Positions 1 to 9,364 of a stretch of DNA of 64,000 bases are shown piece by piece; positions within the stretch are counted from its first letter, which is position 1, and every line of letters starts with the position of its first letter. The notes below the pieces were generated by a model. The model was not told where the DNA came from, made no database searches, and worked only from the letters and a program-made list of their open reading frames with translations. The stretch lies in the NCBI GenBank assembly GCA_030699125.1, contig JAUYKM010000009.1:108647-172646 (forward strand), read 5' to 3'. The DNA comes from Candidatus Daviesbacteria bacterium (GTDB lineage: Bacteria; Patescibacteriota; Microgenomatia; Daviesbacterales; UBA10151). Position numbers and translations under genes: made by a program.

Positions 1-1013
1 TAGGATTTGCCTCTGCTCTAGCACTTGTTTCTTCCTACTGGTTCTTATTTAGAGCCAGATCCGGAAATCTGGATGTGCCCTTAACAGCCTTTTTCCTATT
101 AACTTTGCTTCTAGCTTTGTATTCTGTTAAAAATAAGAGATTCCTTCCTCTTTTTTCCGTGAGTCTAGCTGTATTACTACTTATGAAAACATTAGTTCCT
201 TTTACCATTTTTCCGACGCTCTTTTTAATTTTTTGGAAAAGGAAAGACAAAGATTATATTAAAGCTTTAGTTTTTCCTGTATTAATTTTTATTGGCTGGT
301 TTATTTTTCAATTCACTCAAGATCCGCTTTTTCTTAATCATTATTTTTTGATTGGGCTGGCAGGAGTAAATATGCAAAGTGATTACGGGAATAATTTGAG
401 ACTGATGAAAGAATATCTTCACGCAGGAGTGGGAAAGTGGTTCTGGCCTACTACATTAGCCATTTTTATTAGCCCACTCTTAAAAGAAAAAAGATTCATT
501 ATTCTTTCTTCTTTTTTTATTATTTTTTTCCTGCCATTTATTTTTTCCCAAAAGGGCCATATCTGGCATTTGATCCCGCTTTATCCGGTAATGATTTTAT
601 CTTTTTTTGGACTCAGCTATGTATTGATGAAAAGATATATTAGAAATCAAGTAATTATTGGGATTATGATTTTAGGAATAGCTTTTTATTTTTCATTTAT
701 TCAAATAAGCAGTATCTGGTATCAATTTATTGAAATCCCCAGATATATCTCGGATGAGGAAATTTTATCTCGTGAGGCAAAAAAATATCCTTTTGATTAT
801 TATGTGGATTCGGAATCAATAGCAGCAGCTGCTTTTTATTCTGAAAAGATAGTCACCAGATTAAGGGCTAAAGATTTGATACCGTTATTTAATACCGGAA
901 AAAAATTCACTCTGTTTACTTACCAATGGAGATTAGATGGAGCAGATATTAGCAAAAGCAGCTACCAAATTATCAAAAAAGATAGGGATAAAATTTTAGT
1001 CATCAGAAGATAG
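1..1013 (+). CDS. ArnT/PMT-like GT-C glycosyltransferase (5' partial)
   Basis: The frame is open from position 3 (GFASALALVSSYWFLFRARSGNLDVP...). The R-x-G-x-LD motif, LLMK and 'WHLIPLYP' are typical of ArnT/PMT_2 proteins; polytopic. Confidence 0.75.
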   Translation, partial: GFASALALVSSYWFLFRARSGNLDVPLTAFFLLTLLLALYSVKNKRFLPLFSVSLAVLLLMKTLVPFTIFPTLFLIFWKRKDKDYIKALVFPVLIFIGWFIFQFTQDPLFLNHYFLIGLAGVNMQSDYGNNLRLMKEYLHAGVGKWFWPTTLAIFISPLLKEKRFIILSSFFIIFFLPFIFSQKGHIWHLIPLYPVMILSFFGLSYVLMKRYIRNQVIIGIMILGIAFYFSFIQISSIWYQFIEIPRYISDEEILSREAKKYPFDYYVDSESIAAAAFYSEKIVTRLRAKDLIPLFNTGKKFTLFTYQWRLDGADISKSSYQIIKKDRDKILVIRR

Positions 1014-1042
1014 TTTGAGCTGGACATATGAGGCTTTAGAGC

Positions 1043-1051
1043 TGATATAAT
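1043..1051 (+). promoter_or_regulatory. Extended -10 promoter (TGnTATAAT), probably leaderless
   Basis: TG-A-TATAAT at 1043-1051, 6 nt before the GTG start at 1058, with no SD sequence. Confidence 0.6.
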
Positions 1052-1057
1052 GATATA

Positions 1058-2590
1058 GTGAACCTTTTATTAAGATACCGAAGAGAAATTTTAATCCTCA
1101 TTGTCTTAATCGGTGCATATTTTATTTTAAGATTACCGAATTTAACTTTGCAGCCTATTTTTGCTGATGAGGCAATCTATATTAGATGGGCACAGGTGAT
1201 GAAATCCGAACCTACTTTGAGGTTCTTACCTCTGTCTGATGGTAAAACCCCCCTTTTTATGTGGTCCATGATTCCCTTTTTTAAATTCTTCGAGGATCCC
1301 TTATTTGCTGGTAGATTTTTATCAGTGTTATCCGGCTTGATAACTCTTTTAGGCGTATTTGCCTTAAGTTGGAAAGTATTTGGGAAAAGAGTGGCTCTTT
1401 GGGCCAGTTTGATCTATGTAGTCGTGCCTTACACTATTTTTTTTGACCGAATGGCTTTAGTGGATTCTCTTTTGTCTGCCTTTAGTATTTGGTCTATATT
1501 TTTTGCCATTTGGCTGGCCCAAAAAGTTAGACTAGATCTGGCCATGATTTTGGGATTTATTTTAGGTGGAGGGATTCTAACTAAAACTCCGGGAATGTTA
1601 AGCCTCTTTTTAGTCCCTCTATCTTTCTTAGCTTTCAGAAGAGTGGGGGGAGATAAATATAAATTAGTGAGGTTAGTTTTATTTTGGGGAGTGGCTATTG
1701 GGATTGCTCTTTTTATGTATAATAGTTTGAGATTAGGCCCAAATTTTCACCTATTATCTTCTAGAAATGCTGATTATGTTTTTTCTCCTTTAGAGCTTAT
1801 CGGCAGACCCTTAGATCCTTTTATTCCACACCTTAAAGATATGGCGGATTGGTTCCCTAAGTTATTAGGATGGCCGGTGATTTTGGCGGGATTTGTAGGA
1901 ATTTTTGGAGTTATTCGCGAGAGGAATAAATTAAGAATCTTAGTTTTACTTTGGGCACTCTTGCCATTGCTTATAGAAATGGCATTTTTAAGGACCTTTA
2001 CTGCCAGGTATTTATTATTTACCATCCCACCGCTTTTGGTAGTTGCAGGATACGGGGTAGAAAAAATTTCCAATTTCAATCTCTCGACTTCGCTCGGGAC
2101 AAGATTTCCAATTTCAAATATAGTAATAACATGGATTATTCTTGTAGCTTTATTATTGCCCAACCTATATTTTAATTATCTGCTTCTGACTAATCCTCAA
2201 AAAGCTCCTTTACCTAGAGAGGAGAGGATTGGTTATTTTGAGGATTGGACTGCCGGATATGGGTTTTCTGAAATTGCCCAGTTTTTGATGGAAAAGAAAA
2301 AGGAGGGTCCTGTAACAGTGGGAACAGAAGGATATTTTGGCACTTTGCCAGATGGTTTATATATTTATCTGGATAAAGCCGGAATTCAAGTGGTACCGGA
2401 TCAAGCCACAGTTTCTGCTAAACTTCTTGATGCAGCTCAAACAAACCAAACCTTTTTTGTGGCTAATAAATCTCGACTCCTGGAATATACCAAGCAGTTA
2501 AAACTTATCAAGGAATATCCAAAAGCACAAAGTCCGGACGGTAAACAAGACGCCATTCAACTATTTGAGGTTATCCCAGATGCAAATTAA
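1058..2590 (+). CDS. ArnT/PMT_2-family GT-C glycosyltransferase
   Basis: 510 aa. PIFADEAIY acidic motif after TM1, then GKTPLFMW, FFDRMALVDS, LTK and RYLL; many TM segments. Confidence 0.8.
   Translation: MNLLLRYRREILILIVLIGAYFILRLPNLTLQPIFADEAIYIRWAQVMKSEPTLRFLPLSDGKTPLFMWSMIPFFKFFEDPLFAGRFLSVLSGLITLLGVFALSWKVFGKRVALWASLIYVVVPYTIFFDRMALVDSLLSAFSIWSIFFAIWLAQKVRLDLAMILGFILGGGILTKTPGMLSLFLVPLSFLAFRRVGGDKYKLVRLVLFWGVAIGIALFMYNSLRLGPNFHLLSSRNADYVFSPLELIGRPLDPFIPHLKDMADWFPKLLGWPVILAGFVGIFGVIRERNKLRILVLLWALLPLLIEMAFLRTFTARYLLFTIPPLLVVAGYGVEKISNFNLSTSLGTRFPISNIVITWIILVALLLPNLYFNYLLLTNPQKAPLPREERIGYFEDWTAGYGFSEIAQFLMEKKKEGPVTVGTEGYFGTLPDGLYIYLDKAGIQVVPDQATVSAKLLDAAQTNQTFFVANKSRLLEYTKQLKLIKEYPKAQSPDGKQDAIQLFEVIPDAN
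2066..2117. repeat. 24-bp hairpin (REP-like) element between two 14-bp direct repeats, inside a CDS
   Basis: ATTTCCAATTTCAA at 2066-2079 and again at 2104-2117 flank TCTCTCGACTTCGCTCGGGACAAG, which can form the stem TCTCGA/TCGGGA with loop CTTCGC. Confidence 0.65.
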
Positions 2591-4283
2591 AAATTTTCTA
2601 TCTAGATTCCGCTTTCTACTGCTAGCTCTAGTATTGACTATACCTTTATATTATTCGTTAATCAGGCCCGGTTTTTTTCCCATGCAGGATGATCTACAGG
2701 CTTTTAGGCTGTATGAGATGCATGAGTGTTTTAAAGATTTGCAAATTCCCTGCAGGTGGATACCGGATGCAGGGTACGGTTATGGTTATCCACTTTTTAA
2801 CTTTTACTCTCCCGGAGTTTATTACCTGGGGGAAATTTTTCATCTGATAGGATTCCAGTTTATTGATGTAGTAAAAATTTTATTTATTTTGGGATTTTTG
2901 GCGGGGACATTTAGTATGTTTTTTTTAATTAAAGAACTTTTTGGCGCCTGGGCTGGCATGGTGGGTGCTTTGCTTTTTAGCTACTCCCCTTTTAAAGCAA
3001 CAGAGGTTTATGTGAGAGGATCTTTATCGGAGTTTTGGGCCCAAGTTTTTTTCCCATTTATATTTTGGTCCTCATATAAATTAATCAAAACTTCTCAGAT
3101 AAAATATCTTATTTTACTTGCTTTGAGTTGGGGATTGTTACTGATTACCCATAATTTAATGTCATTTATTTTTGCCCCTTTATTTTTAGTCTGGGTTATT
3201 TATTGGATGTTAGCAGAGAAAAAATGGATCAGTTTACCCAAAGTAATTGGAGGGATATTATTAGGATTTGGACTAGCTTCTTTTTTTATACTGCCTTTGA
3301 TTTTTGAAAGAGGATTTGTTCATCTGGAAACTTTACTGGGAGGATATTTTGACTACCGTCAGCATTTTGTATCTTTATATCAGCTTTTTATCTCTAATCA
3401 TTTTGGCTATGGTTCTTCATTTCTAGGGCCAATTGATGATTTGTCACTTTCGGTGGGCATTGCCCACTGGATAGTGGGACTTATGGCTGTTATTTTAGCT
3501 ATTTTAAATTTTAAAAAATATCCCAAAGTAGCTGGGATCATACTGACTTTGGCAACAGTAGAAGTTATGGTGATATTCTTAATGCACCAGAGGTCATCAT
3601 TTATCTGGGAGAATTTTTCCGCCATCTGGTGGCTGCAATTTCCCTGGAGATTTTTGGCAGCAAGTTATTTTTTCCTGTCTATTTTAGGGGGAGCAGCTTT
3701 TTTCTTCCTCCAAAAGCTTTTGGATAAAAAATATGTCAGAATTTTGGCAGTTACTATGATTGCGGTTTTAATCCTATTGCATGGCTCAAATTTTCAACCG
3801 AAAGAGTGGCTGAATATTTCTGATCAGGATAAATTTTCCCAAGATTCTTGGCAGAAACAGTTGACTATCTCAATTTTTGACTATCTGCCCATTTATGCCC
3901 AGCTTCCTCCCAACCATGAAGCTCCCCCCGCTCCGGAAATTTTAGAGGGTAAGGTAAATATCTTTAGTTACGAGAAGGGTAGCAATTACCAGATAGGGGA
4001 GGTGGAGGTGTTGGAAGAAGCCACACTCAGACTGCCGCTCTTTGATTTTCCAGGAATGGAGGTCACGCTTAATGGTAAAGTGATTAATCATGTAAATGAT
4101 GACTGTAGAGGAGAGGATTATTGTTTTGGACTGATCAGCTTTACTATCCCGGAAGGACGGCATATGATAAAAGTTCAACTTAAAGATACCTCGGTCAGAA
4201 CGATAGGGAATATAATTACCTTAGTAAGTTTCTTTATAGTGGTGTTTTCTTTCGCAAAAATTAAATATGGCAAAAATATTTAA
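2580..4283 (+). CDS. PF10131-like ('PTPS-related') GT-C membrane protein, paralog 1
   Basis: QDDLQAFR...QIPCRWIPDAGYGYGYPLFNFY, YVRG...E, THN, QFPWRFL, DYLP and a YfhO-like C-terminal FDFPG. ATG 2580 overlaps the end of the upstream gene. Confidence 0.75.
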   Translation: MQIKNFLSRFRFLLLALVLTIPLYYSLIRPGFFPMQDDLQAFRLYEMHECFKDLQIPCRWIPDAGYGYGYPLFNFYSPGVYYLGEIFHLIGFQFIDVVKILFILGFLAGTFSMFFLIKELFGAWAGMVGALLFSYSPFKATEVYVRGSLSEFWAQVFFPFIFWSSYKLIKTSQIKYLILLALSWGLLLITHNLMSFIFAPLFLVWVIYWMLAEKKWISLPKVIGGILLGFGLASFFILPLIFERGFVHLETLLGGYFDYRQHFVSLYQLFISNHFGYGSSFLGPIDDLSLSVGIAHWIVGLMAVILAILNFKKYPKVAGIILTLATVEVMVIFLMHQRSSFIWENFSAIWWLQFPWRFLAASYFFLSILGGAAFFFLQKLLDKKYVRILAVTMIAVLILLHGSNFQPKEWLNISDQDKFSQDSWQKQLTISIFDYLPIYAQLPPNHEAPPAPEILEGKVNIFSYEKGSNYQIGEVEVLEEATLRLPLFDFPGMEVTLNGKVINHVNDDCRGEDYCFGLISFTIPEGRHMIKVQLKDTSVRTIGNIITLVSFFIVVFSFAKIKYGKNI

Positions 4284-5925
4284 AAATAATATTTATCTCA
4301 TTTTGGTAATGGTTGCTTCCCTTATGATAAGTTGGCCGCTATTTTTGCCCGGTTACTTTTCTCATCATGATGATCTGCAGGTAATGAGAATTTTTGAGAT
4401 GAGAAAATGTATTGAGGATTTACAAATCCCCTGTCGGTGGGTTCCGGATATGGGGTATGGCAACGGCTATCCCTTATTCAATTATTACAACCCACTTCCT
4501 TATTATGTGGGCGCGATATTAAGTTTTGTATTAGGTTATGTAATTTCTGCCAAGGCCTTATTTTTAATTGCCATTTTCTTGGGGGGTGTTTCTATGTTTT
4601 TTTTGGCCAAAGAAATTTTTGGCAAAGAGCCAGCAATGGTTGCGGCGATTTTATATCAGCTTGCTCCGTATAAAGCTTTGGATTTATATGTGAGGGGTGC
4701 CCTGGCTGAAAGTTTTGCTTTGGGTATTGTTCCTTTCTGTTTTTTATTTGTCATAAAACTTTTAAGGGAAGATAGAAAGGTTTATTTCTGGGGATTAAGT
4801 TTGTCTTTGGCTGCTCTACTGATAAGTCATAATATTATGACTTTGGTTTTTGTGCCGATACTTTTAATCTTTTGTATTTTTTCGATATTTTTTGAAAAAT
4901 CGAAAAATATCCGTCTATTACTTTTTAGTTTGGTAGTGGGATTGGGGTTGGCTGCCTTTTTTATTATTCCCTCATATTTTGAGAAAGATCTGGTCCAAAT
5001 TGACAACTTAACCAGACTGGACTTAGATTTTCGTGCACACTTTGCAACAGTCAATCAACTCTTTTTAGATAGAAGTTGGGGATATGGGGCCTCTTTCCCG
5101 GGGCCTAACGATACTATTTCTTTGCAGATTGGTTGGCCGCATTGGGCCATTGTGACAATCTCTTTCTTCTGGGCCATTTTTTCATTTAAAAAAGCAAACT
5201 CAAAAATGGCATTATTATTTTTTACTATCTTTGTATTAGCAATCTTTATGACACATATTAGGTCTGCCTTTGTTTGGGAGCAAATTGGCATTTTAAGATT
5301 TGCCCAATTCCCCTGGAGATTTTTATCAGCGGCCATTTTTACAGCTAGTTTATTGGGAGCATATTTAATAAGTAATATAAATAATAAATACAAAATTTAT
5401 TTAACAATTCTTATCGGTGTCATAACAATAATCTTGAACTGGAATTATTTTAAGCCTGAAATATTTTACCCAAATATTGGTGACATAGAAAAATTATCAG
5501 GCGAAGAATGGGAGACCCAACAAAAAGCTGCCATTTTGGATTACTTACCCCAAACTGGGGTTCAACCTAGAGAAGGCGCACCGGCAAATCCCCTTATAAT
5601 AAATGGACAGGCCAATATCAGTAATTTTGTGAACAGATCTAGTAGGTGGAAATTTAATGTGGATGTAGATGAAAAGTCTAGAATAGAAGCACCTGTTTTT
5701 GATTTTCCCAAATGGAGAGTTTTTGTAGATGGAAAGAAAATTGCCCATGATAATAAAAATTATTTAGGAAGAATCGCCTTCGAGTTAACTGAAGGTGAAC
5801 ATGCTGTAGAGGGAAAATTAGAAAATACTCCAATTAGGACTTTAAGTAATACCATTACCTTAATATCAATAATAGTTTTGGGACTCATTACTTTATATGG
5901 AAAGAATCGAAAATTTTTTAGATAA
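4267..5925 (+). CDS. PF10131-like GT-C membrane protein, paralog 2
   Basis: HHDDLQVMR...QIPCRWVPDMGYGNGYPLFNYY, DLYVRGALAE, SHN, QFPWRFL, DYLP, FDFPKW. Confidence 0.75.
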   Translation: MAKIFKNNIYLILVMVASLMISWPLFLPGYFSHHDDLQVMRIFEMRKCIEDLQIPCRWVPDMGYGNGYPLFNYYNPLPYYVGAILSFVLGYVISAKALFLIAIFLGGVSMFFLAKEIFGKEPAMVAAILYQLAPYKALDLYVRGALAESFALGIVPFCFLFVIKLLREDRKVYFWGLSLSLAALLISHNIMTLVFVPILLIFCIFSIFFEKSKNIRLLLFSLVVGLGLAAFFIIPSYFEKDLVQIDNLTRLDLDFRAHFATVNQLFLDRSWGYGASFPGPNDTISLQIGWPHWAIVTISFFWAIFSFKKANSKMALLFFTIFVLAIFMTHIRSAFVWEQIGILRFAQFPWRFLSAAIFTASLLGAYLISNINNKYKIYLTILIGVITIILNWNYFKPEIFYPNIGDIEKLSGEEWETQQKAAILDYLPQTGVQPREGAPANPLIINGQANISNFVNRSSRWKFNVDVDEKSRIEAPVFDFPKWRVFVDGKKIAHDNKNYLGRIAFELTEGEHAVEGKLENTPIRTLSNTITLISIIVLGLITLYGKNRKFFR

Positions 5926-7606
5926 ATACTGGTGGCTTACGATCATTATTTTATCCATCCCTGCTTTTTGGGCGCTTTTGGTGCCAGGATTTTATGGAGC
6001 ATCCGATGATTTGCATATCGGGTGGCTCCATCAGATGGATAAAGTATTAAGGCTGGGACAAATTCCCCCCAGGTTTGTACCGGATTTAAGTTTCGGTTTT
6101 GGTTATCCATTATTTAATTTTGTTTTTCCCTTGCCATTCTATATTGCAGATATTTTTCACCGGATAGGTTTCAGCCTGGTAGACAGTATTAAAACTTTAT
6201 TTCTTTTAAGTCTGCCTATTTCAGGTATTTTCATGTACCTACTTTTGCGAGGATTTATTTCTCCAATATTAAGTATGGCAGGGGCAGTGATATACATTTA
6301 TACGCCCTACAGATCAACAGACATTTATGTCAGAGGAGCGATAGGGGAGATTGTCTCCTTTATATTTTTGCCACTGATAGTACTCTCCTTTATTAAACTA
6401 ACGGAAGATCATGAAAAATTTAATTTCTGGATAGGGATTGGAGCTCTTTCACTTGCTTCCCTAGTGTTGTCGCACAATATTACGGCCTTTATGTTTTTAC
6501 CGTATCTCTTTTTGTTAATAATTTTAAGGGTATTTTTTACCTCCGTAAATCCGACAGTTTCTATAAAGCGAATTTTTATATCAATAATTTTGGCTGTTTC
6601 CATTAGTTTATATTTTTGGCTGCCGGCAATGGTGGAGAGCAATCTTATGAAATATGACACTGTATTTGCAGTGGCAGACCATTTCCCCACTATTTTACAA
6701 CTAGTTACTCCTTATTGGGGATATGGCGCATCTGTGGCCGGTCCCTATGACGGCATGTCGTTTTTTATGGGGGTTATCAATATAGCCCTAATAATTGGGA
6801 CAATTTTAATACTGATTGCGTTTAGGAAAAAGATTGAAAAAGATTTAATGGTAATGACAATCTGGGCAATGATAGTAATATTTTCATCAATATTTATGAT
6901 GAATTATCGCTCTCTTTTTTTGTGGGAAAACTTACCCCTGTTACCATATTTTCAATTCCCCTGGAGATTTTTAGTAATGGTAACTTTAGCAACGCCAATT
7001 TCGGTGATCGTTTTATCAAAGTTTAAATATCAAAACTATTTGGCATTATCTATCATTGTTCTCTCTGTAGGTCTAAATGCAACAAGCTTTAGACCGCAAG
7101 ATTTCTTAGGAAGGGAAGATGATTATTACCTAAACCGTTATATACCTACCCCTCTTGCCAGTCAGGAGTATTTAGAAATTCAAGAGGAATATTTGAGATT
7201 GCCCAAAAATACTTATGCTAGGCCTGATAGGAATTATCCACTGGTATCTTCTGAGAGTGAAGAGATTGAGAATATAACCTTTATTGATGATTTAAAAACA
7301 GAAATTAATACGCAATCGAATGATAAATTTATTTTAACTTACAACAAGTATTATTTTCCGGGTTGGCAGGCAAGGGTAGATGGAATCTTGACAGAGATTA
7401 CACCAGGCACCCCCTTTGGTGAGATAAATATTCTGGTGGATGAAGGAGAGCATCAAATAGAGATTTTTTATCAGGAGAGCGGATTTCGGTTAATTCTGAA
7501 TTGGATTTCCTTTATTAGTTTCATTGTTACACTGTTTTTAATATTTAAAAACAGATTGCCAATACGCTTGTTTCAGATACATAATTTAACTAAAATTAGA
7601 GGATAG
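5897..7606 (+). CDS. PF10131-like GT-C membrane protein, paralog 3
   Basis: SDDLHIGW...QIPPRFVPDLSFGFGYPLFNF, DIYVRGAIGE, SHN, QFPWRFL, YYFPGW. Confidence 0.75.
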   Translation: MERIENFLDKYWWLTIIILSIPAFWALLVPGFYGASDDLHIGWLHQMDKVLRLGQIPPRFVPDLSFGFGYPLFNFVFPLPFYIADIFHRIGFSLVDSIKTLFLLSLPISGIFMYLLLRGFISPILSMAGAVIYIYTPYRSTDIYVRGAIGEIVSFIFLPLIVLSFIKLTEDHEKFNFWIGIGALSLASLVLSHNITAFMFLPYLFLLIILRVFFTSVNPTVSIKRIFISIILAVSISLYFWLPAMVESNLMKYDTVFAVADHFPTILQLVTPYWGYGASVAGPYDGMSFFMGVINIALIIGTILILIAFRKKIEKDLMVMTIWAMIVIFSSIFMMNYRSLFLWENLPLLPYFQFPWRFLVMVTLATPISVIVLSKFKYQNYLALSIIVLSVGLNATSFRPQDFLGREDDYYLNRYIPTPLASQEYLEIQEEYLRLPKNTYARPDRNYPLVSSESEEIENITFIDDLKTEINTQSNDKFILTYNKYYFPGWQARVDGILTEITPGTPFGEINILVDEGEHQIEIFYQESGFRLILNWISFISFIVTLFLIFKNRLPIRLFQIHNLTKIRG

Positions 7607-7630
7607 CTAACAGTATCCGCGTATCTTTCT

Positions 7631-9364
7631 ATGGAATTTAAACAAAAGGTTTTTAATATATTAAAAAATAATTGGCAATTTTGGGTGGGTTTTGTTTTGA
7701 CCAGCAGTCTTCTCTGGCCACTCTGCGCAGCTCCTCTATTTAGCCATCATGATGATACAACCATCATCAGGCTTTATGAGATGGATAAATGTATTAAGGA
7801 TGGTCAGATACCCTGTCGGTGGGTACCTGATTTGGGAAATTTGTATGGTTACCCTCTTTTTAATTACTATGCCCCCCTCCCCTATTATTTTGGAGAAATA
7901 TTTTACTTTTTAAGTGGCAACTTAATCTTTTCAGTCAAGATAATGTTTGTCGTCTCCTTTTTGGGAGCTTATGTTTTTATGTATCTTTTTGGAGCAAAGT
8001 TCTGGGGAAAGTTGGGCGGCAGTTTATCTGCCATTTTTTATAGTTTTGCCCCATACCACGGCCTAGATTTTTACGTTAGAGGAGCCATGGGAGAGATGTG
8101 GGCATTAATGTTTTTTCCTTTGGTTGTTTATCTACTGATCAGGCTGAAAGACAAATTGAGCATCTTAAATTCATTGCTCTTAGCTACTTCTGTTGCTTTA
8201 TTAATTACTTCTCATAACCTTTCGGCCATGATCTTTCTACCCATTGTATTTTTATTGTATCTCTTACTTTTTATAGAAAAAAAGCAAATTAAGTTTCTGT
8301 TATACGGATTTGCAGCATTTTTAATAGGTATCTTTTTATCTTCATTCTACTTACTACCTGTGCTTGTTGAAAGAGATTTGGTTCATGTTGAGACCACTAC
8401 TTATGGTTATTTTTCCTATACAGAGCATTTCAAAGGATTTAAAAAGCTATTTTTAGAAAGAGATTGGGGATATGGGGCTTCAGTTAGAGAGATACCAGGA
8501 GGGGAGAGAGATAGACTGTCTTATCAGATCGGTTGGGTCCATCTTTTAGGTTGGATTTTGGCTCTGGTTGGCGCTTATATTTTACGGAAAAAAGAAAAAA
8601 GGGTTAGCCTCATAATAATTGTTTCCTCATTTATCATTGCCCTGGCAGTTTTTATGGTCAATCCTAGATCAATATTCATTTGGCAGGCAGTAGAACCTCT
8701 AAAGTATCTGCAATTTCCTTGGAGATTTTTACTTATTATCATCTTTCTCGCCTCATTTATTAGTGGGGCAGTTTTTTTAATATTAAAGGATCAAGTTAAG
8801 CAAAAGTTGATATGGTTAATTTTAGTTATTTTGGTTGTGACATTAAATTTTTCCTATTTTCGTCCGGAAAAATTTATTCAAACTTCAGATGAAGATCTTT
8901 TAACAGGCAGCAATTGGGAGAGACAGATCAAAAGAGCCATTCTTGATTATCTTCCTAAATCAGCAAGTGAGCCACCGGCTGAATTAGCCAGGGAAAGATA
9001 TCAGCTTCTAACAGGGGATTCATTTATCTATGATTTTAAGCAAGGGTCTAATTGGTTTTCATTTAAGACTAATACTAATACACATACTATTATCAGACTC
9101 TCTCAATACTATTTTCCAAAATGGAAGATCTTTATTGACGGTAAAGAAACTCTAATCGACTATAAAAATAACAGCTTGGGCTTAATGACAATAATTTTAG
9201 GAGAAGGAAATCATATTGTGGAAGGAAGATTATATGATACTCCAATTAGAACTATCGCTAACCTTTTAACTTCAGTATCAGCTCTCATAGTAGTAATCTT
9301 CTTGCTTTTACATATTCCGATCACAAGAAGTTGGATTAAATATTATAAGGAGAGGATTGCTTGA
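7631..9364 (+). CDS. PF10131-like GT-C membrane protein, paralog 4
   Basis: HHDD...QIPCRWVPDLGNLYGYPLFNYY, DFYVRGAMGE, SHN, QFPWRFL, DYLP, YYFPKW. Confidence 0.75.
   Translation: MEFKQKVFNILKNNWQFWVGFVLTSSLLWPLCAAPLFSHHDDTTIIRLYEMDKCIKDGQIPCRWVPDLGNLYGYPLFNYYAPLPYYFGEIFYFLSGNLIFSVKIMFVVSFLGAYVFMYLFGAKFWGKLGGSLSAIFYSFAPYHGLDFYVRGAMGEMWALMFFPLVVYLLIRLKDKLSILNSLLLATSVALLITSHNLSAMIFLPIVFLLYLLLFIEKKQIKFLLYGFAAFLIGIFLSSFYLLPVLVERDLVHVETTTYGYFSYTEHFKGFKKLFLERDWGYGASVREIPGGERDRLSYQIGWVHLLGWILALVGAYILRKKEKRVSLIIIVSSFIIALAVFMVNPRSIFIWQAVEPLKYLQFPWRFLLIIIFLASFISGAVFLILKDQVKQKLIWLILVILVVTLNFSYFRPEKFIQTSDEDLLTGSNWERQIKRAILDYLPKSASEPPAELARERYQLLTGDSFIYDFKQGSNWFSFKTNTNTHTIIRLSQYYFPKWKIFIDGKETLIDYKNNSLGLMTIILGEGNHIVEGRLYDTPIRTIANLLTSVSALIVVIFLLLHIPITRSWIKYYKERIA

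Noticed and set aside
2580-9364. Pterin biosynthesis suggested by the family name 'PTPS-related'
   Set aside because: The proteins are polytopic and GT-C-like, with no T-fold PTPS motifs; the name is historical.
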